From: Selaginella moellendorffii
Lineage: Eukaryota > Plantae > Lycopodiophyta
Reading direction: 5' to 3'
Assembly (NCBI RefSeq): GCF_000143415.4
Contig: NW_003314343.1
Location: 124,813-188,812, forward strand
DNA: 64,000 nt
A program made the position numbers and the translations under genes. This document shows positions 38,597 through 52,600 of the stretch, one piece after another; positions within the stretch are counted from its first letter, which is position 1, and each line of letters opens with the position of its first letter. A model generated the notes under the pieces. That model was not told the DNA's origin. It was given only the letters and a program-made list of their open reading frames with translations, and made no database searches.

Positions 38597-40538
38597 CTAA
38601 CCAGCAGCCGCGACAGCCTCGCCCCGGCTAGCCGCCTCAATCGCAGCCTTTCCTATTGTCTCGCAGTTCTCGCCTTCCACCCTTCCATTCCTTTCATGCG
38701 GCGTATTCGCATCTGTATTGCCGTTTTCATCGCCCTGTATGTGATTTCCTGCGTCGCTGTTTCCTACGTCCTGACTTTGACTAGCGCGGCTGCCTCCTCC
38801 ACCCTTTTGGAGTTGCTCCTGCAAGAGCAAGACATTGGATCAATCCAAATAGAACAAGGTCAGCGAACTTACGAGAAGAGCTGCATTCTCAGCCGCTAGT
38901 TTGTTCCGCTCCTCCATGGCTTGCTCCAGCTCCTGCCGCAAGCTCATGTTTTCCATGGTTAGACTCTCGACCCTTTGCGCTAGCTCCTCACACTCGGCCT
39001 GTGAATCACGCCATTGGTGAGACAAGACTAGATAGAAGAGCGTGAAAGTACCTGCTTTCGCAATCGTGAGCGCCTCGCTGATTCTCTGTTTGATTGCTTC
39101 CTTCGTTGCCGCTTAAGCTCGCGTTCATCCTGTTGCAAGTGTAGAATTCAGTGCAATGAACGAGCCTGGAAATATTTACCTGCAGCCACAGCTCGGGAGG
39201 AACCCCTTCCCTTCCGTGCGGTAACATTTGACCACTTGGCAAGGGCACCATTGACTGGGAACCACGCTTTCCTTTCCCAGACGACTGGTTCCCGGTGGGT
39301 GTTGAGCCCCAGTAATCCATCCCCATGTTAAGACTAGTGCCTACGCTGGCCTTCCCCCCGGCAGGATTTGAAGGAACACCCGGGGACACGAAAGCACTCC
39401 CGACTTGTCCAGAGTATCCGGGCTGCCCAGCACTAGGGGCCGATCCTGAAGCATGACTGCTTAATAAGCACCGACGTGTATTTGATATCTTTGAAAAGAT
39501 CTAAGTACCTTCGGCATTCATCTGTTCCGAGTTCCTCTTGTCGCCCTGAAAGATAAAGCCAAAACAAACGTAAGCCCGCGTAAAGTGTGACAGAGACAAA
39601 GTTAAGTTATTACATCTTCGTCACTGCCATCACTGGATCCTTCACTTCCACTTTCGCCACTGTACAGAAACACAGAACAGAATGTTTCGAGTTTGAGCTA
39701 GATATCGCAACAAGCAGCAGCGTGTATTACCTTTGTGACACTACACCGTTGGGAGCAGCGGTCTTAGCAGCAGCTTCTGCTCCTCCTTTATTCAGCGTTC
39801 CGAGATTACCTAAGCTACTATTCTTCGACTTTTTCATGGGACTTCGCTCCTTGCCGTCGGAAGATTTGCCATCAGTATCTGTTGTAGCTCCCTGAAAGCA
39901 CACAATCAGATTCCAAAGAACAGATATGCGAAAGAGGCATACTTCAGTGGCGTTTCCCGGTGCTGGCATTCCATACTGGCCATAAGGATGTGGCCCCTGC
40001 ACAAAGGATTCCTTCCATCAGCGGAAAGTCGATACCAACAACACCATACTCGTACCGGCGGCATGCCGTAGGGCGGATACATGGTTCCATATGGAGGTGG
40101 GGTCCCGTAAGGAGGCATCATCGGCTGCAAGAAAAAACCATCATGTGAGCTACACATTCGTGACGCAGAGTAATGAAATTTACCTGAGCTCCCCACATAT
40201 ATGGATGCGGCTGATAGCCAGGAGGGGGCGTTCCACTATTGTAATAAGCCTGTAACAAAGTTCTAGATTCATGAGCAACACAAAACTAAAGGAAAGAAAA
40301 TTCTCTATTCTCAGAGAAAAAAGCAAAGCAAAGCTCTATCACACACACACACACACACACCTGAAAAGCCGCTGCCCACTCGGGGTAAGTTGCGGGAGGA
40401 GATGGCTGATCCTGGTGCAAAATGCCACACAAAGTTAGAACGGAAAGAAAAAAATTCTTCCTTGAGAGGAAGAGCCCCCACCTGCGCTGTGGATGTCTTT
40501 GGAGTCTTAGTCGGCGTGGCTGCGTCCCCAGATCCCAT
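38597..40538 (-). CDS. G-box binding factor (group G bZIP), multi-exon
   Basis: MGSGD...YPEWAAAFQ, Pro-rich MFMR region, DERELKRQRRKQSNRESARRSRLRKQ|AECEELAQRVESL. Confidence 0.92.
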
Positions 40539-41029
40539 GCTTGGAGACCACCTATAGCTGACAATCGCGGACAAAAGCTCGAGTTAGTTTGGTATAGGGC
40601 ACGTTTGGCGCAGCACCGCGCAAGAGAAATGCGTGCTCGGGAGCTGCGAGGAGGGGATTTACCTGCATCACTGGAGGAACAAGCGCTGGAGATCGTGATC
40701 TGTCACAAGAATCTATGCCCGATGGAGCTTTTCCCGAGGAGACAAAGGCGCGCAATGCTGGGAGGCGCCGATAATCCACACCAGCGCCTCAACGCCCGTG
40801 CACTGCGCTGCTATTGCGTTGCTCCTTTCCTAAAGCCCTAGAGCCTCGCGCGTCCACGCGAGAATGACACATCCAAACCCTATACAACATGGATGCCACG
40901 GTCTCGCAAACACAAGAAGAAAGAGAGTGTTCGTTGGGAAGGCCGCGCGCCCACCGCGCCGTATGCTCATACGGTAATACAGGCGATCGCCCATGTATTG
41001 TCTAAACTCCTTATGGCGCAATACGTTTA

Positions 41030-41600
41030 AAGAGGTACGGAAGGGACGGCGCACAGACGTGGCTGGGCGGACCTGTGACGTGGCAGGTTCTCTCTTTAAG
41101 GTGGGCCAGGCAGACAACCAATGGAACGCCGGCGCGTAGCAGAAGAAAGAACACGTATACTTCCACAGCTGGAAGACACGCGGCGTGTGAGCAATGGGCC
41201 AGCCAGGAGTATTGTGAGATGGCATCGGACGGCTGGCGATGCCAGTTAGGCTCCGAGGAGATGTGGCCCTTCAAGCTAGTGACCTGGCAGCCCACGTTCA
41301 AATACGTGGAGGGCTGGCGTACGCGTACACGTCGGCGCTTACGATCATGAAAGAGACAGGCGGGGATGCCGGCCACGTGGCGTCCCGCGAGCCAATGCCG
41401 GCCGGATGACGCGGCAGTGGGCACGCGGGGCAAAAACGACGTGGCCTGCGGCGGTGGCGTTATCACGGCCGCTGGATAGTGCCATTTTCGACGGTCGGAT
41501 GCGCGGCACGCTGGCGGCTCGATCATCAATGTCTCAGCCAGCCGTGCATTTGACGCATCCATTACGGAAACCAGAATGATATCACGTGGCAGGTACAAAA
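41030..41600. promoter_or_regulatory. Cluster of ACGT-core G-box/ABRE motifs upstream of the bZIP gene
   Basis: GACGTGGC (~41056, ~41077, ~41438), GCCACGTGGC (~41372), TCACGTGGC (~41582) and further ACGT cores. Confidence 0.5.
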
Positions 41601-41704
41601 AAAAAGATTTTTTTCCACCAACTTTGACTTGTATGAATTCAAACGCTTATCTTTTTATCGCGTAGAAATAGTATGTTACGTAAACAAAAACCATATATAC
41701 CATA

Positions 41705-43889
41705 CTATATAAAACTTGCTACTGCCATCCAAGAACGTAGTCCAGGAGCGCGACCACCAATATGGAGAGGGGATAGAGAGCCAGAGGAATAAACGATGTC
41801 CAAAGTGGGAACGTTGTCCGGGTGCCTCCGAATATACCCATGATCAAAGCCACCAAAGTGATCACCAAAACTTCCGACGAGAAGTCCCATGTCAAGCCCC
41901 GGTAAGCCACAACAGCCAGGAAAATCCCAAGACACAGCGTGTTGTTCATCGTGACTCCACCATAAATCTACCAAAGCAAAGAGCACTCACTGGTCAGCAC
42001 CATTTTTCCTCTCAATCACAACTACACTTCACCTGGGAGTATGTGAGCGATATGTTTTGCTTCTTCTTCTTCGCAGCGAACAAGACTGAGGAGATTGCCT
42101 CGCTTGAGTTCGTAGCCAGTGGCGTGGCTACAAAAGCGATGAAGAAGGACGGGATCCCGGTTGCAGAGGAGAAGTTCTCGATTGAGTCCACCAGAGGATC
42201 GGCAAAGATACCAGCAATAAGTGCGCCAAGCACGATGAGTAGAACTGCTTTGGTGATTATTTGGTTTTTGGTCATGGATTCCCCCGATTCTTCCTCTTCT
42301 TTTTCTTCTCCTCCTCCTTGACCATCCATCAAAGCCATATAGGACGTTTGTGCGCTCTGAGTGTTCATGAAAAGAGAACCAAAAAGTTAGCCAGAGATTT
42401 CAATGCGGTCGCTTGCTTACTTGTGCTTCAGTGTCCCATCCATTATCATTATCACGATGTTCTTCTTTTGGTTGTTGAAGATCTTTAATCCACCTAGTAA
42501 AGCCGCTAATAAACTCAGACTCCGAGATCTTATCGTCGCTAGATCGATCAAAGTCACTCATCCAGGCTTTCAACTCCTCTTCCTTTGGCAAGAGTGACTC
42601 GTGGCCGATACCAAGCCCAATTATTAACGCCTTGAGCTCATGCTGCGTAAGATGACCACTTTTATCTTCATCAAAATAAGAAAACAACCTGCATTCATAG
42701 ATCGCACCGGATGTATACGTACTGAGTCAGGAACTCAAGGTTTAATGAACGCCACTCACTTGGTTAACGCTTCTGTGTTTGTTGAACCGTCTGAAAGTAC
42801 CAAGTCCCCCCAGCTCTTAGATTTGGAGTAGCTAGACAACTTCTGTAGAGTATGAAACAGTCGGAACCGTTGCCTCGCCAAAGCTATTCTTCTTTGCTGA
42901 ATCCATGGCGACATAATCTGCAACACAGCCATAGCTTTTAGAAAGAGTAGTAGTACATTTGTTTGCCAGAAACCGTGATATCACGATACCATACCTGGTA
43001 TATGCAGTAGGCTAGAAGACTGCCAAAAGACAAGACACAGCTCAAGATGATAAAGAAACGCCCCAACTGCGGCTGGCGAATGATTTTAGGGAGCTGCGCT
43101 AAGATGTAGGGAATAACTGTAATAAGCATAATCCAAGCGGAAACTTTTGTCTGTGCGTCAGTTGTCACTCCAGTTTCTACAGAGAAACAGCCAAATCAAA
43201 TCTCGCGGGTGGAAGGATTCGAAAGAGAAAGCTTACTGGACACATCGAACTTCCTGGTAAGCGTCTTGTCCTTGGCTACGAGATTTCCATTCACCTCTTG
43301 AAGATCACACCTTCCAACTATGAGTGAGCTTCCCCATAGGAGCGTTAACAGCATGATCGTTGATCCCGCAAGAAGTCCCATACCAACAAGAACTTGGGAA
43401 AGAACTTCTGCTTCGCTCGCAAACAGACCAGAAACTACGAACGAAGAAAAAGAAAAGCAAAGTTACAAGTTTACGACACAAACTTTGGTTGGAAGTGAAG
43501 AACAAAAAGTCGATGGAAAGCTTACCAAGTATGAGGATTGCGTCTGGCAGTGCTCCGAGAATTGGCAGTAGCAAACCACCGATGATTCCCGGATTTAGAA
43601 CGAGCAGCAGCAACTCACTCCCCTCGGACAGGAACTGCGCGGCCTTGAGCAGAAGAAATCCATACACGATGAGCAAGAAAATGTTGCCAGCGACTCCAGT
43701 GGAGCAGGGCAAGAAGCCATAATTTGGCTCACACGACTCCTCCTTGGCAGCTTTCCTGAGCCTCAACACGGACGGAAATCCCGCCTTGTCGACCGATGAG
43801 CCGCTACTGACGAGCTGAGCGGCCGCCGCTGCCAAGGAAAAGCATGCGAGCAGCACAAAGATCGGCAAGATGTAGCCTCTCGCCCTCAT
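41705..43889 (-). CDS. NCL: Na+/Ca2+ exchanger-like protein with EF-hands
   Basis: CEPNYGFLPC, GIIGGLLLPILGALPDA, GLLAGSTIMLLT, EF-hands DEDKSGHL and DRSSDDKISESEF, PLATNSSEA, VTMNNTLCL. Confidence 0.92.
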
Positions 43890-44636
43890 GATCGAAGGTA
43901 ATCCCCTGGTCGATGGAAAAGGTATCCTGTGGCGCGGAGCTCTAGATCTGCGCCGACTCACCTCGGATTCTAGAAATCTAGCAGCGTAGCGGCAATGCAC
44001 CCGGCCGCCAGTGATGGATCGATCGATCTCCTCCGCGGGCAAATATCTGATAAGTAATGGAATATTCTGGTTCCAGTGAATCTAGGCCGTCCGTCCTGGA
44101 TAGCGCGTATCAGCGAGTGTCGGTGAGCTCTCTCTCTTTTTTCTCTCTCATAATCGTGTCACTTGGAAACGAGCCCAGCTGAGAAGACACACAAATTTTT
44201 CTAGTTACGTGGTGTTCGTCATCTCGAGACACTGAAAAGAGGACTACATGGACGACGAAAGTCAATATAATATAAACTACACCCAACTATGTACCTCACA
44301 TACACACATACTTTGTAAGTACATTCTTTAGAAGCTTTTCATCGACATCGAAGGGGCCCCCTCATATACATTGTCCTCGAAATATGTAAAGGGAAGAAAA
44401 AAAACGAAGAAGAACGCTAATAGTAAGAGACCTGGTGTAAGCAAAAAGATGGATGCCCCCCTCCCTCCCCCTAAGTAGTGCTGTTGTTACATCGTCACCT
44501 CCCCGCTCTTTTCCTATGACCACAAAATCACCGTAACTCCAGACAAAAGCCGCAAAAGAATGTAGGAACGAACCGAAACGAACTTGTGTAAAAACCTCCC
44601 TTGCATTCGTAGTCGTCGTGGTTGTCTTCGTGGCGA

Positions 44637-45987
44637 CTAGCCGCGCACGACCTGGCCCGGATCAAGCTGACCACTGCAGTAGCTGGAAGGAACCACTGAA
44701 ATCTCCTGGCGGCCTTTCCATTCCTCGCCCGGCTTCAAAGTGATTGGCGTCTCGATCACTGCTGGCTCCACGCACACCATGTGTAAATACTCGTCGTCTC
44801 CAAAGTCTGCCATGGCTTTGGCTTTCTTGTCCCATGGATTCCACACGACTGTAGAACAGCACCAGCAATGGTTACCGACCAGTCCAGCACTAAAAGCAAG
44901 TCTTACCTGCGTCTGGGAGGCCTTCCTTTTTCACCACTATCGTCCGCTTTTTTTCGTGATCAACAATGGCGATCTTCGTCGGTGTGCTGACGTACACGCG
45001 ATCCACCTGTGTGTTGTGTATCCTTGGCTTTTCAGAGATCCGGATATCAATATCAGAAAGCTTACCTCTCCATCGAAAGTGATCGAGTCTCCCTGCTCGG
45101 TGAAGCGCTCCCTGTCTTGTAAGTTGTCCAGAAAGTCGAGTGTCTCCAGGCCTTCAATGCGAACCTCACTGCCGCATCAATCAATCGAATCTCGTTAGCA
45201 GAAGAAGCAAAGAAAAGGTCATGGCACACCTGATATCTGACACCGAGAAGTACGTGTGCAGAGCGAACGTAAAGGTGAAAGGCTTGGTATCAGTGTTCCT
45301 CACGCGAATGGTTTGCGCAAGATCGCCGCCTCGCTTGAGAGTAAGACGCATCCGCAGCTCAAAACTGGAGAAAGAAAGAAACATATAGAACTCGCAGCAG
45401 TGAAAAAAAATGTTTTCGACGTACTTGTGTGTCCACATCTTGAGGTCGTCTTCCGCAGGCTTGAGGATGAGATCGACAGTGCTCCCTCGGCTGCTATTGC
45501 TTCCACTTGCGTTAGTGCTTGACAGGATGGGAGGAGCGTCAGTCTCGATGGACCACAGCCTGTTCCTCGCAAATCCATGCTTCTCGAGCGCTCCAACATT
45601 CGCGAACTAAGTAGCAGTAGTTGAGAGAACAAGCGCAATCTCAGACACTCCTGTTTACGAACCTGTGGGAAGCAAATTGGTATGCCACCTCGAATTGGCT
45701 TGGGAGGCTTGAAAGACGTCTGGAATCGGTAGTTTGGAACATTTGAAATGAACTGAACGAATTCTACCTTGCTGCTGAGAAACAAGAGCTCCTCGCCACG
45801 ATCATTCTTCCACGAAACAACCTGTCCCCCGTAGAGATAAACCTGAAAGAGGCTTTCTTTATTGCCAGTTTCTCTAAGACGGAACTAATCGACTCACCTC
45901 CGCCGAGGCTCCCAAAGGCTCCTTGAGGATGATCTTTTCCAGACCAGCAGCATCCCTGGTTACCAGCGGCTCCTGAATCGCAGCCAT
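44637..45987 (-). CDS. Putative glucose-6-phosphate 1-epimerase (aldose 1-epimerase family)
   Basis: YGGQVVSW, PIRGGIPICFPQ, HGFARNR, FTFALHTYF, WNPWDKKAKAMADFGD and MVCVE motifs. Confidence 0.92.
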
Positions 45988-46501
45988 TCCCTCCAACTGC
46001 ATTGTTCGCGAGATCAAAGAAAAGGCCGCAATCGGAATTGGCATGCAAGCGATTCCAGGCGATAGCGCCGGATTACCTCTGCTGTGGAGCTCCGAAATCT
46101 TCGACAATCGATCGAGGAGCAGTGGATCTATCGCCGGCGCCACGCCAGGAAATCAAGCCGCTCTCCTCTCTTAGGTATGACGCCAGGGAGGAGAAAGGGC
46201 TTAAAACACATTCTGTCTTATAATGCCTATCGTGGCCGTCCGTCGCGACAGATCCAACGGATGGTACTTTGTCTGGGCTGGCGTACTTTATATGCCCATA
46301 TGATTTGCTTAGGTTTTAAGCTGACCTGTTGGGTCTCTTCTTGCCCTAGTGATCTACAGGGCTTTGCCATCAGAACATCAGATCAAAGCTTCGAGCTAAG
46401 AAACCATCCATGCAATCATAACAATTTACAAATTTATTGATCTCTCGATCAGATCAAGCAAGCCGAAAGCTATGTAGGATCGATCAAATTATATTGATCT
46501 C

Positions 46502-46807
46502 TCAATCAGAATCACTGCTGCTGCTGCTGCTGCCTCCCCCTGCCTTCTTTTTCTCCTTGTGCTGGTTCTTCTTCTTCTTTATCTTGTCCATGAGACCCTC
46601 TTTCTGGGGCTGTGTAGTAGTGGTGCTCGTTGTTGTGGTAGCCATTCCGGGCTGGGGAGTGCCATAAGAACCCGGGGCGGTGTTGTGTGATGGAGGAGTG
46701 GAGGACTGGACTGGAGTAGCATGACTCGGAGCGGTGTTGTGCGCGACTTGATCCTTCTTGTGACCCATGTGGAGCTTGTCGCTAATCTTTTCCATCATCG
46801 AGGCCAT
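46502..46807 (-). CDS. KS-type dehydrin-like protein
   Basis: MEKISDKLHMG N-terminus, KEGLMDKIK, Lys-rich stretch and terminal SSSSSSDSD. Confidence 0.85.
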   Translation of the reverse strand: MASMMEKISDKLHMGHKKDQVAHNTAPSHATPVQSSTPPSHNTAPGSYGTPQPGMATTTTSTTTTQPQKEGLMDKIKKKKNQHKEKKKAGGGSSSSSSDSD

Positions 46808-47409
46808 TGCTTTGTGAGAAATCTGATAAAGATTCAAGCAGCCAAACATCAGGAACTTGTAGCCACATGGATGAGCCAAAGCGGAATACCTGGAGTGAAG
46901 GGATCTTTTCCTCAAGTTGAAAAGACGGGAAATGGATGAACTCGTTGTAAGGTACAGGGGTTATATACGAGGCTTTGGCGCTGCGTGGGCTAATTGTGCT
47001 TTGCCAGCGATTGCCTCGTTTGATGCTCTAGGCCACGTATCAGTCACCGACACGAGAGGCTATGATTAAAAGAACATTCTTACTTTTCATAAGCAGAGCA
47101 TAATTAATATGAGCAAGATGTCTTTTCCATCGCTGGCTTGTTTGGAAAGGGCAGCGGGATGGTGTTTCTGAGCTAGACAGTCTGCCTGTAGTGGATGCAG
47201 TGGCGCATTTGTTTCCTAAGATGGAGGAAGACACTAGAAACGGCCTGATTTGCAGGTATTCTACCACTTTTGTATTTTCACCATATGAATATTACAAGTA
47301 TTGTAGGCTGCCTCCTCACAAGATCTAGACTGGGGATCTCATATGTAAAAGGTCCCAAAAGTAGTTATTGGCTTTCAACTTCATTCTTTGGTTATAAAAC
47401 AGTAACCCA

Positions 47410-48553
47410 TCAAAAATCCAAAGGATGGGACTGCCAGTGAGCAGCCCTCTCGAATCCATTCCTAAAGCCTTTGTAGTCTCGGATCGCCTCTATAATCTCC
47501 TCCCGCGTGTTCATGACGAAGGGGCCGTGCTGGAACACGGGCTCGTTGAGAGGCTGCCCGGCGATGAGCACGAACCTACAAGCTTTGTCCGAATCGTTCC
47601 ACACCATGACACCGTCTCCGTGGCTCAGCTCCACCGTCGTGTGAGCCTCGATCGGTGGCGTGCCTTTGCTTCCAAAAGTTGGCCTGCCTTCCAGAGTATA
47701 AGCGAAGGAGTTCCATCCCTCGGAGATTTCCTGGGCAAAGCTGGCACCCGGTTGCATGGTTACGTCGAGATACATGGTTGGAGTGCGAGTGTAGACTGGC
47801 GAAGAGATGCCCAATGATTCTCCGGCTATGACTTTGACAGTGGTGCCGTCTTTCTCAGCCACTGGTATGTTTCCAGATTCAAGCTCCTGGTAGTTTGGCT
47901 CGATCCTAGATACAAGAAGCGCTGGTTGATACTCTGATGAAGCAAAGGGAAAACGAAGGAAGAATTTATACTTACATTTTAAACTTGGAGGAAAGATTGA
48001 TCCAAAGCTGGAGACCACGCTGTACACCAGTGCTAGCGGGCATCTCGCAGTGCACAATGCCTCGGCCAGCAGTCATCCACTAGAAGAAACTATCATGATA
48101 AAGCAAGAAAGAAAAACAGAGAGATTTAGCAAACCTGTAAGTCACCAGCTTGAATAGTGCCTGTGTGTCCCGCAAAGTCCTGATGGGTGAAAGCCCCCTA
48201 CACATCGCAAAGAACATTTTTTAATCTCGGTGCATCAGGAAAAAAAGAAGAGGGAATACCTCGAGCATGTACGTGACCGTTTCAAAGCCTCGATGGGGAT
48301 GATCAGGAAATCCGGCTGGTGGAGAAACTATAGATACGTCAACGAAAGAAAAAAAAAGTATTAGAACGAGCAAAACAGAAGAAAAAACGATTGATCGCGT
48401 CAAATTACCTGTGAAGTAGTCGAGCATGAGAAATGGATCCAGTTGTCTCAGCTCGGGTCTTCCGATGCTCCGCCTCACAACCGCACCATCTCCCTCTGGC
48501 TGCTCGTGCGCTACAATCCTCTTGACAACTTGTCTGGGATTTATAAACGCCAT
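47410..48553 (-). CDS. Pirin-like cupin protein (start may lie further upstream in frame)
   Basis: EGDGAVVRRSIG, LDPFLMLD, GFPDHPHRGFETVTYML, QWMTAGRGIVH and GPFVMNT motifs. Confidence 0.92.
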
Positions 48554-49602
48554 GGCTGCCGCGCTTCTCTGGATCGACCTCGCAAGGATTTGCTGCCTAG
48601 AGATACTTGCTGATGCTTGCCGCTGGAGATTGGAAGCGCCAAACAAAGAACACTGCTTTATAAATCCCAACACCATCAGTGAGAGTGCCAGAAAAGCGCA
48701 CTGTCGAATCAAATGCCTCATACACCAATTCCCTCCCCCCAAAACAACTCACCGCTCACAGAGATGTCGAGATCTCTTGCTTTCCCCACTCGATCCGTGA
48801 TCTGGAGCTCAGCCACAATTCAATTTAAAACCTCCACCGTCCGGCTTCCCGGCACTAGCGCTTCGACCTAGACCAAACTAGAACTCTCAAAGGGTGATGT
48901 CACGCCACGCTGAATCTACGGCTGACGCTCAATGACGACGTGCTGACGTCACCTAATGCCATAAGAAATATCAATCGGCTCATAGTCTTCATAATGAGCA
49001 AATCTATGAGCAAATCCGTTCAAGGAAAAACACTCAACTGGAAGCAATTTGCACAGAAATTTGTACAGAAAATGCCTTTACTACCACAATGTTCCTTTCA
49101 CTCTGCTACTAAACTAACTCTTGCACTGCATACGCTAGGCCTCCTGAAGATGTAACCATGCAATGCTGCGCTCACAAGAAGCTTCCACAGGGGCATCTAT
49201 CAGCAAATGGTGCGTGTGAGCTATAAAGCAGCAGCTTTAGCAAGCGAAATCAACCAGGAAAACAGAGTGTGTCGTTTTTGCTTAAAAAACTAACATGGTA
49301 TCAGAACAAATGATGATCTAATGGGCAAAACAAGACCATACAACGAGCTATGCGACTCTAGATCGCTTGACCACTGGACAGCAGCAGAGGAAGAGGAAGA
49401 GCAATATTTGTGCTGTTGAGAACAACAGGGTTGGAGTGTGTCATTGCAGTAGCTTTTTATTTTGAACTTTCCTCAGCGTATTTCAATATGCTTTGTGCGA
49501 GAATGGAAGCACGCAAGGGTGCTTTGGTTGTCAAAGGACACCACCAGAGGCTTGGAGCAAGTAGGAATTTGTGGCACAGAACTGGGTGAGCCAAATTGCT
49601 TT

Positions 49603-52600
49603 TGAAACGAACAGGAGAGCGAACCCTAGGCCAACCTCCCAACCTTAAAGGGCCTTAAATTCCACAGGCTATAAAATATTTTTGAAATATTCCCATGGTT
49701 TGGGTCATTTTCCCCTCCCTTATGACTCAGCCACATACAACAGCCTCGAGAAGTTAATTGAGCCTCACATGAAGGGAGTCCAAGGCAATACAGCTATGTG
49801 TAAGTGATTAATTTTTCCATTTTACTTTAGTCACTTAACCACACCTCCGACCACTTGGGGGAGTCTCATTCACAACTTCCACAAGTCCCAGTTAGGAATT
49901 GGGGCTTGCTAGCCCCGAGAATGGCATCCATGCCACTCAACTTTTGCACTTGGTCTAAGTGCTCCACGTGTCCAATCCCATGATCGACACCCCAAGGTAC
50001 CACCGACATATCGGCTCATTACGCTGAGGCCATACCTATTCACCTTGGTCACACCAGTGGTCCAACACCACCTACATTGCAATCCCGTCTCTCATAGACT
50101 AGGCCATCCATCCATGAGTGATCATCCCAGATCCACTCCTTAGCATCCTTAGGATGCTCGCAGACTTAGGGAATAACCTTCCCCAATATCTCTTTTCCGG
50201 TCCCCACCAAGTCCCTCTCTGTCAATGGCTGTGTTCACCAACACTGCCACTGGATCAAGGCCCGCAGGCTAAGTCCAACTGTCCTCTAGGACTTCCTTAC
50301 TGGGTGACCGTGTCCTTTGTCACCACACCAGAGGGCTACTCCTCTTCCTTTCCACAGTCTGGGACTTTGGGATAACGTTTCGGAACACCGTGGCCTTACG
50401 CAAGCCTCATGGGTACTTTCCCCGCCTTTTGCCTTTAGGTGCTCTAGCCATGGGCTTAGAGCAAGGTTCCATTGAGCCACGACAGGTATCCAAGTAGGTA
50501 GTGCCACCCACACTTGGACTAGGAGCATCGGCCAATCGATCTCCCGAGGGAACTAGAGCCGGCTCTTGAACACTTCACTAAGCTACCCCGCTTGTCAGTC
50601 CGTGTTCACTCTAGTCTTGGACTTCCCAGTGAGCAGCTCATCACCCAACACTGGGTCCGGTCTTCCTGGGCCAAACTGGCCTTTCCTGGCCAAACTGGCT
50701 CCACTGCAGTCCTCCCCCTTACTATACTTTTGGAGCTCACCAAACCCCCCAGGGTCTGGGAGACAAACGCTTTGGGCTTTCACCCTCTCAAACTCGAACT
50801 CGGACTTGGACTTGGACTCGAACTCAGACTTGGACTCGGACTCGGACTTGGACTCGGATTCGGGCTCGGGCTCGGTCTTGGCCTCGGCCTCGGTCTCGGT
50901 CTCGGTCCCGGTCTCGGTCTCGGTCTCGGCCCCGGTCTCGGTCTTGGTCTCGGTCTCGGTCTCGACTTCGGACTCCATCTCGGGTCCATCTCGGACTCCA
51001 TCTCGGACTCCATCTCGGGTCCATCTCGGACTCCATCTCGGACTCCATTTCGGGTCTATCTTGGGTCCACCTTGGACTCCATCACGGACTCCACCTCGGA
51101 CTCCATCTCGGACTCCATCTCGGGTCCATCTCGGACTCCATCTCGAGTCCTTCTCGGACTCCACTTCGGACTCCACTTCAGACTCCAACTCGGGTCCATC
51201 TCGGACTCCACTTCGGACTCCAACTCGGGTCCATCTCGGACTCCACTTCGGACTCCACTTCGGACCCCAACTCGGGTCCATCTCGGACACTTCCACGTAT
51301 CATGTGTTGGTCCTTTTGTGTCCCTTTTTGGAGCCTCACTTATGGCTCGCTTCATGCTCGTTCCTCGAGCACTTCTTTGAGAGTTCCACTCCCACTCTCG
51401 ACCTTTTCAAGTTGGAACTTTTAGTCCAAACGTGTTACGCTCATTTGGCTTTTGCTTTTGCCACTACCACGTGGCACCCTTTCGGCTCCACTTTGGGGCC
51501 TAGGGATTTTGTGTCTCACACTATGGAGAAAAGATGTGCAAATGGCAACACCAACGTCGCAACAAATGGCCATGAAAGAAAGAAAGCAATACGGCTTTCT
51601 CACATGACAATATAGTCATGAAAACAAGAGAATGAGAATAAAACAAATGGCTCAAATCATATAGCAATACGGGTATAGAACTCAATTCTCCCCTTCCTTA
51701 GGAATGTTATCTAAGTCATAACCAAAACTTAGAAACACTCTCTTTACGTCATCCTCAGTTTCCCATGTAGCTTCGTCCATGGAATAACCATTCCATTGAA
51801 CTAACAACTCCCTAGTTGTCTTCCAACGTGTTTTCACCAATCTTTGAGCAAGAATATTAGTCGAATCAACATTCTCTACATCAATCTCTAGGACCTGGAT
51901 GATGGATTGATCCACAACATCACCAGAGTGCAAACACACTTTAAGCTTGCTTACATGGAACGTTGGATAAATCTTTAAACTAACTGGCAAGTCCAAAGTG
52001 TATGCAAGATCCCCCACATGTTGTAAAATTGTCCAATGCCCACAATAACATGGAGACAACTTAGCATTGCCACCTCCTTTTGGAGACCGTTGTGCATCTG
52101 ACAGCTTAAGAAAAACCTTGTCACCAACTTTGTACTCTTGATGACGACGATGCTTATTAGTTAATCTTTTGTCTCGCCCTTGAACTTGCCTTATGGTCAA
52201 CTTTGCTAACTCAAGCTTGTCTTGCATATCTTCCAAGAAATCACAAGCATGAAGTACCCGAACCAAAGCCAAATTCAAACTCATAGGAGACCTAGGCTCA
52301 TAGCTATACATCGCCATAAAAGGAGCTAATAGCCGATTGATGAGTGTTATTGTGAGCAAATTGAAGCAAGGCAAGTACTTCTCCCATACTCCCTATCGAA
52401 TCAAGTTTTCCACAAAAGATCGTAGCATATCTTCTAATAGCTGATTCATGTGCTCTGTTTGCCCATTAAATTGTGGATGCTCACCACTACTCATGCTTAG
52501 TTTAGTCTCTAGCTTCTCAAAGACCATTTGCCAAAACTTGGACGTGAACTTGGGATCCCGATCACTCACAATGTCACCCGGCAAACCATAGAGACTGAAT

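Noticed and set aside
20446-51520. The two 1722-bp LTRs as ends of one giant element capturing the gene island
   Set aside because: Each has its own distinct 5-bp TSD (AACTG, CTATG) and neither has an adjacent PBS or PPT, so they are independent solo LTRs.
50566-51615. Long ORFs in LTR arrays (also 21508-22071, 55801-56115, 62195-62500)
   Set aside because: They are low-complexity translations of 6/12-bp tandem repeats, open on both strands.
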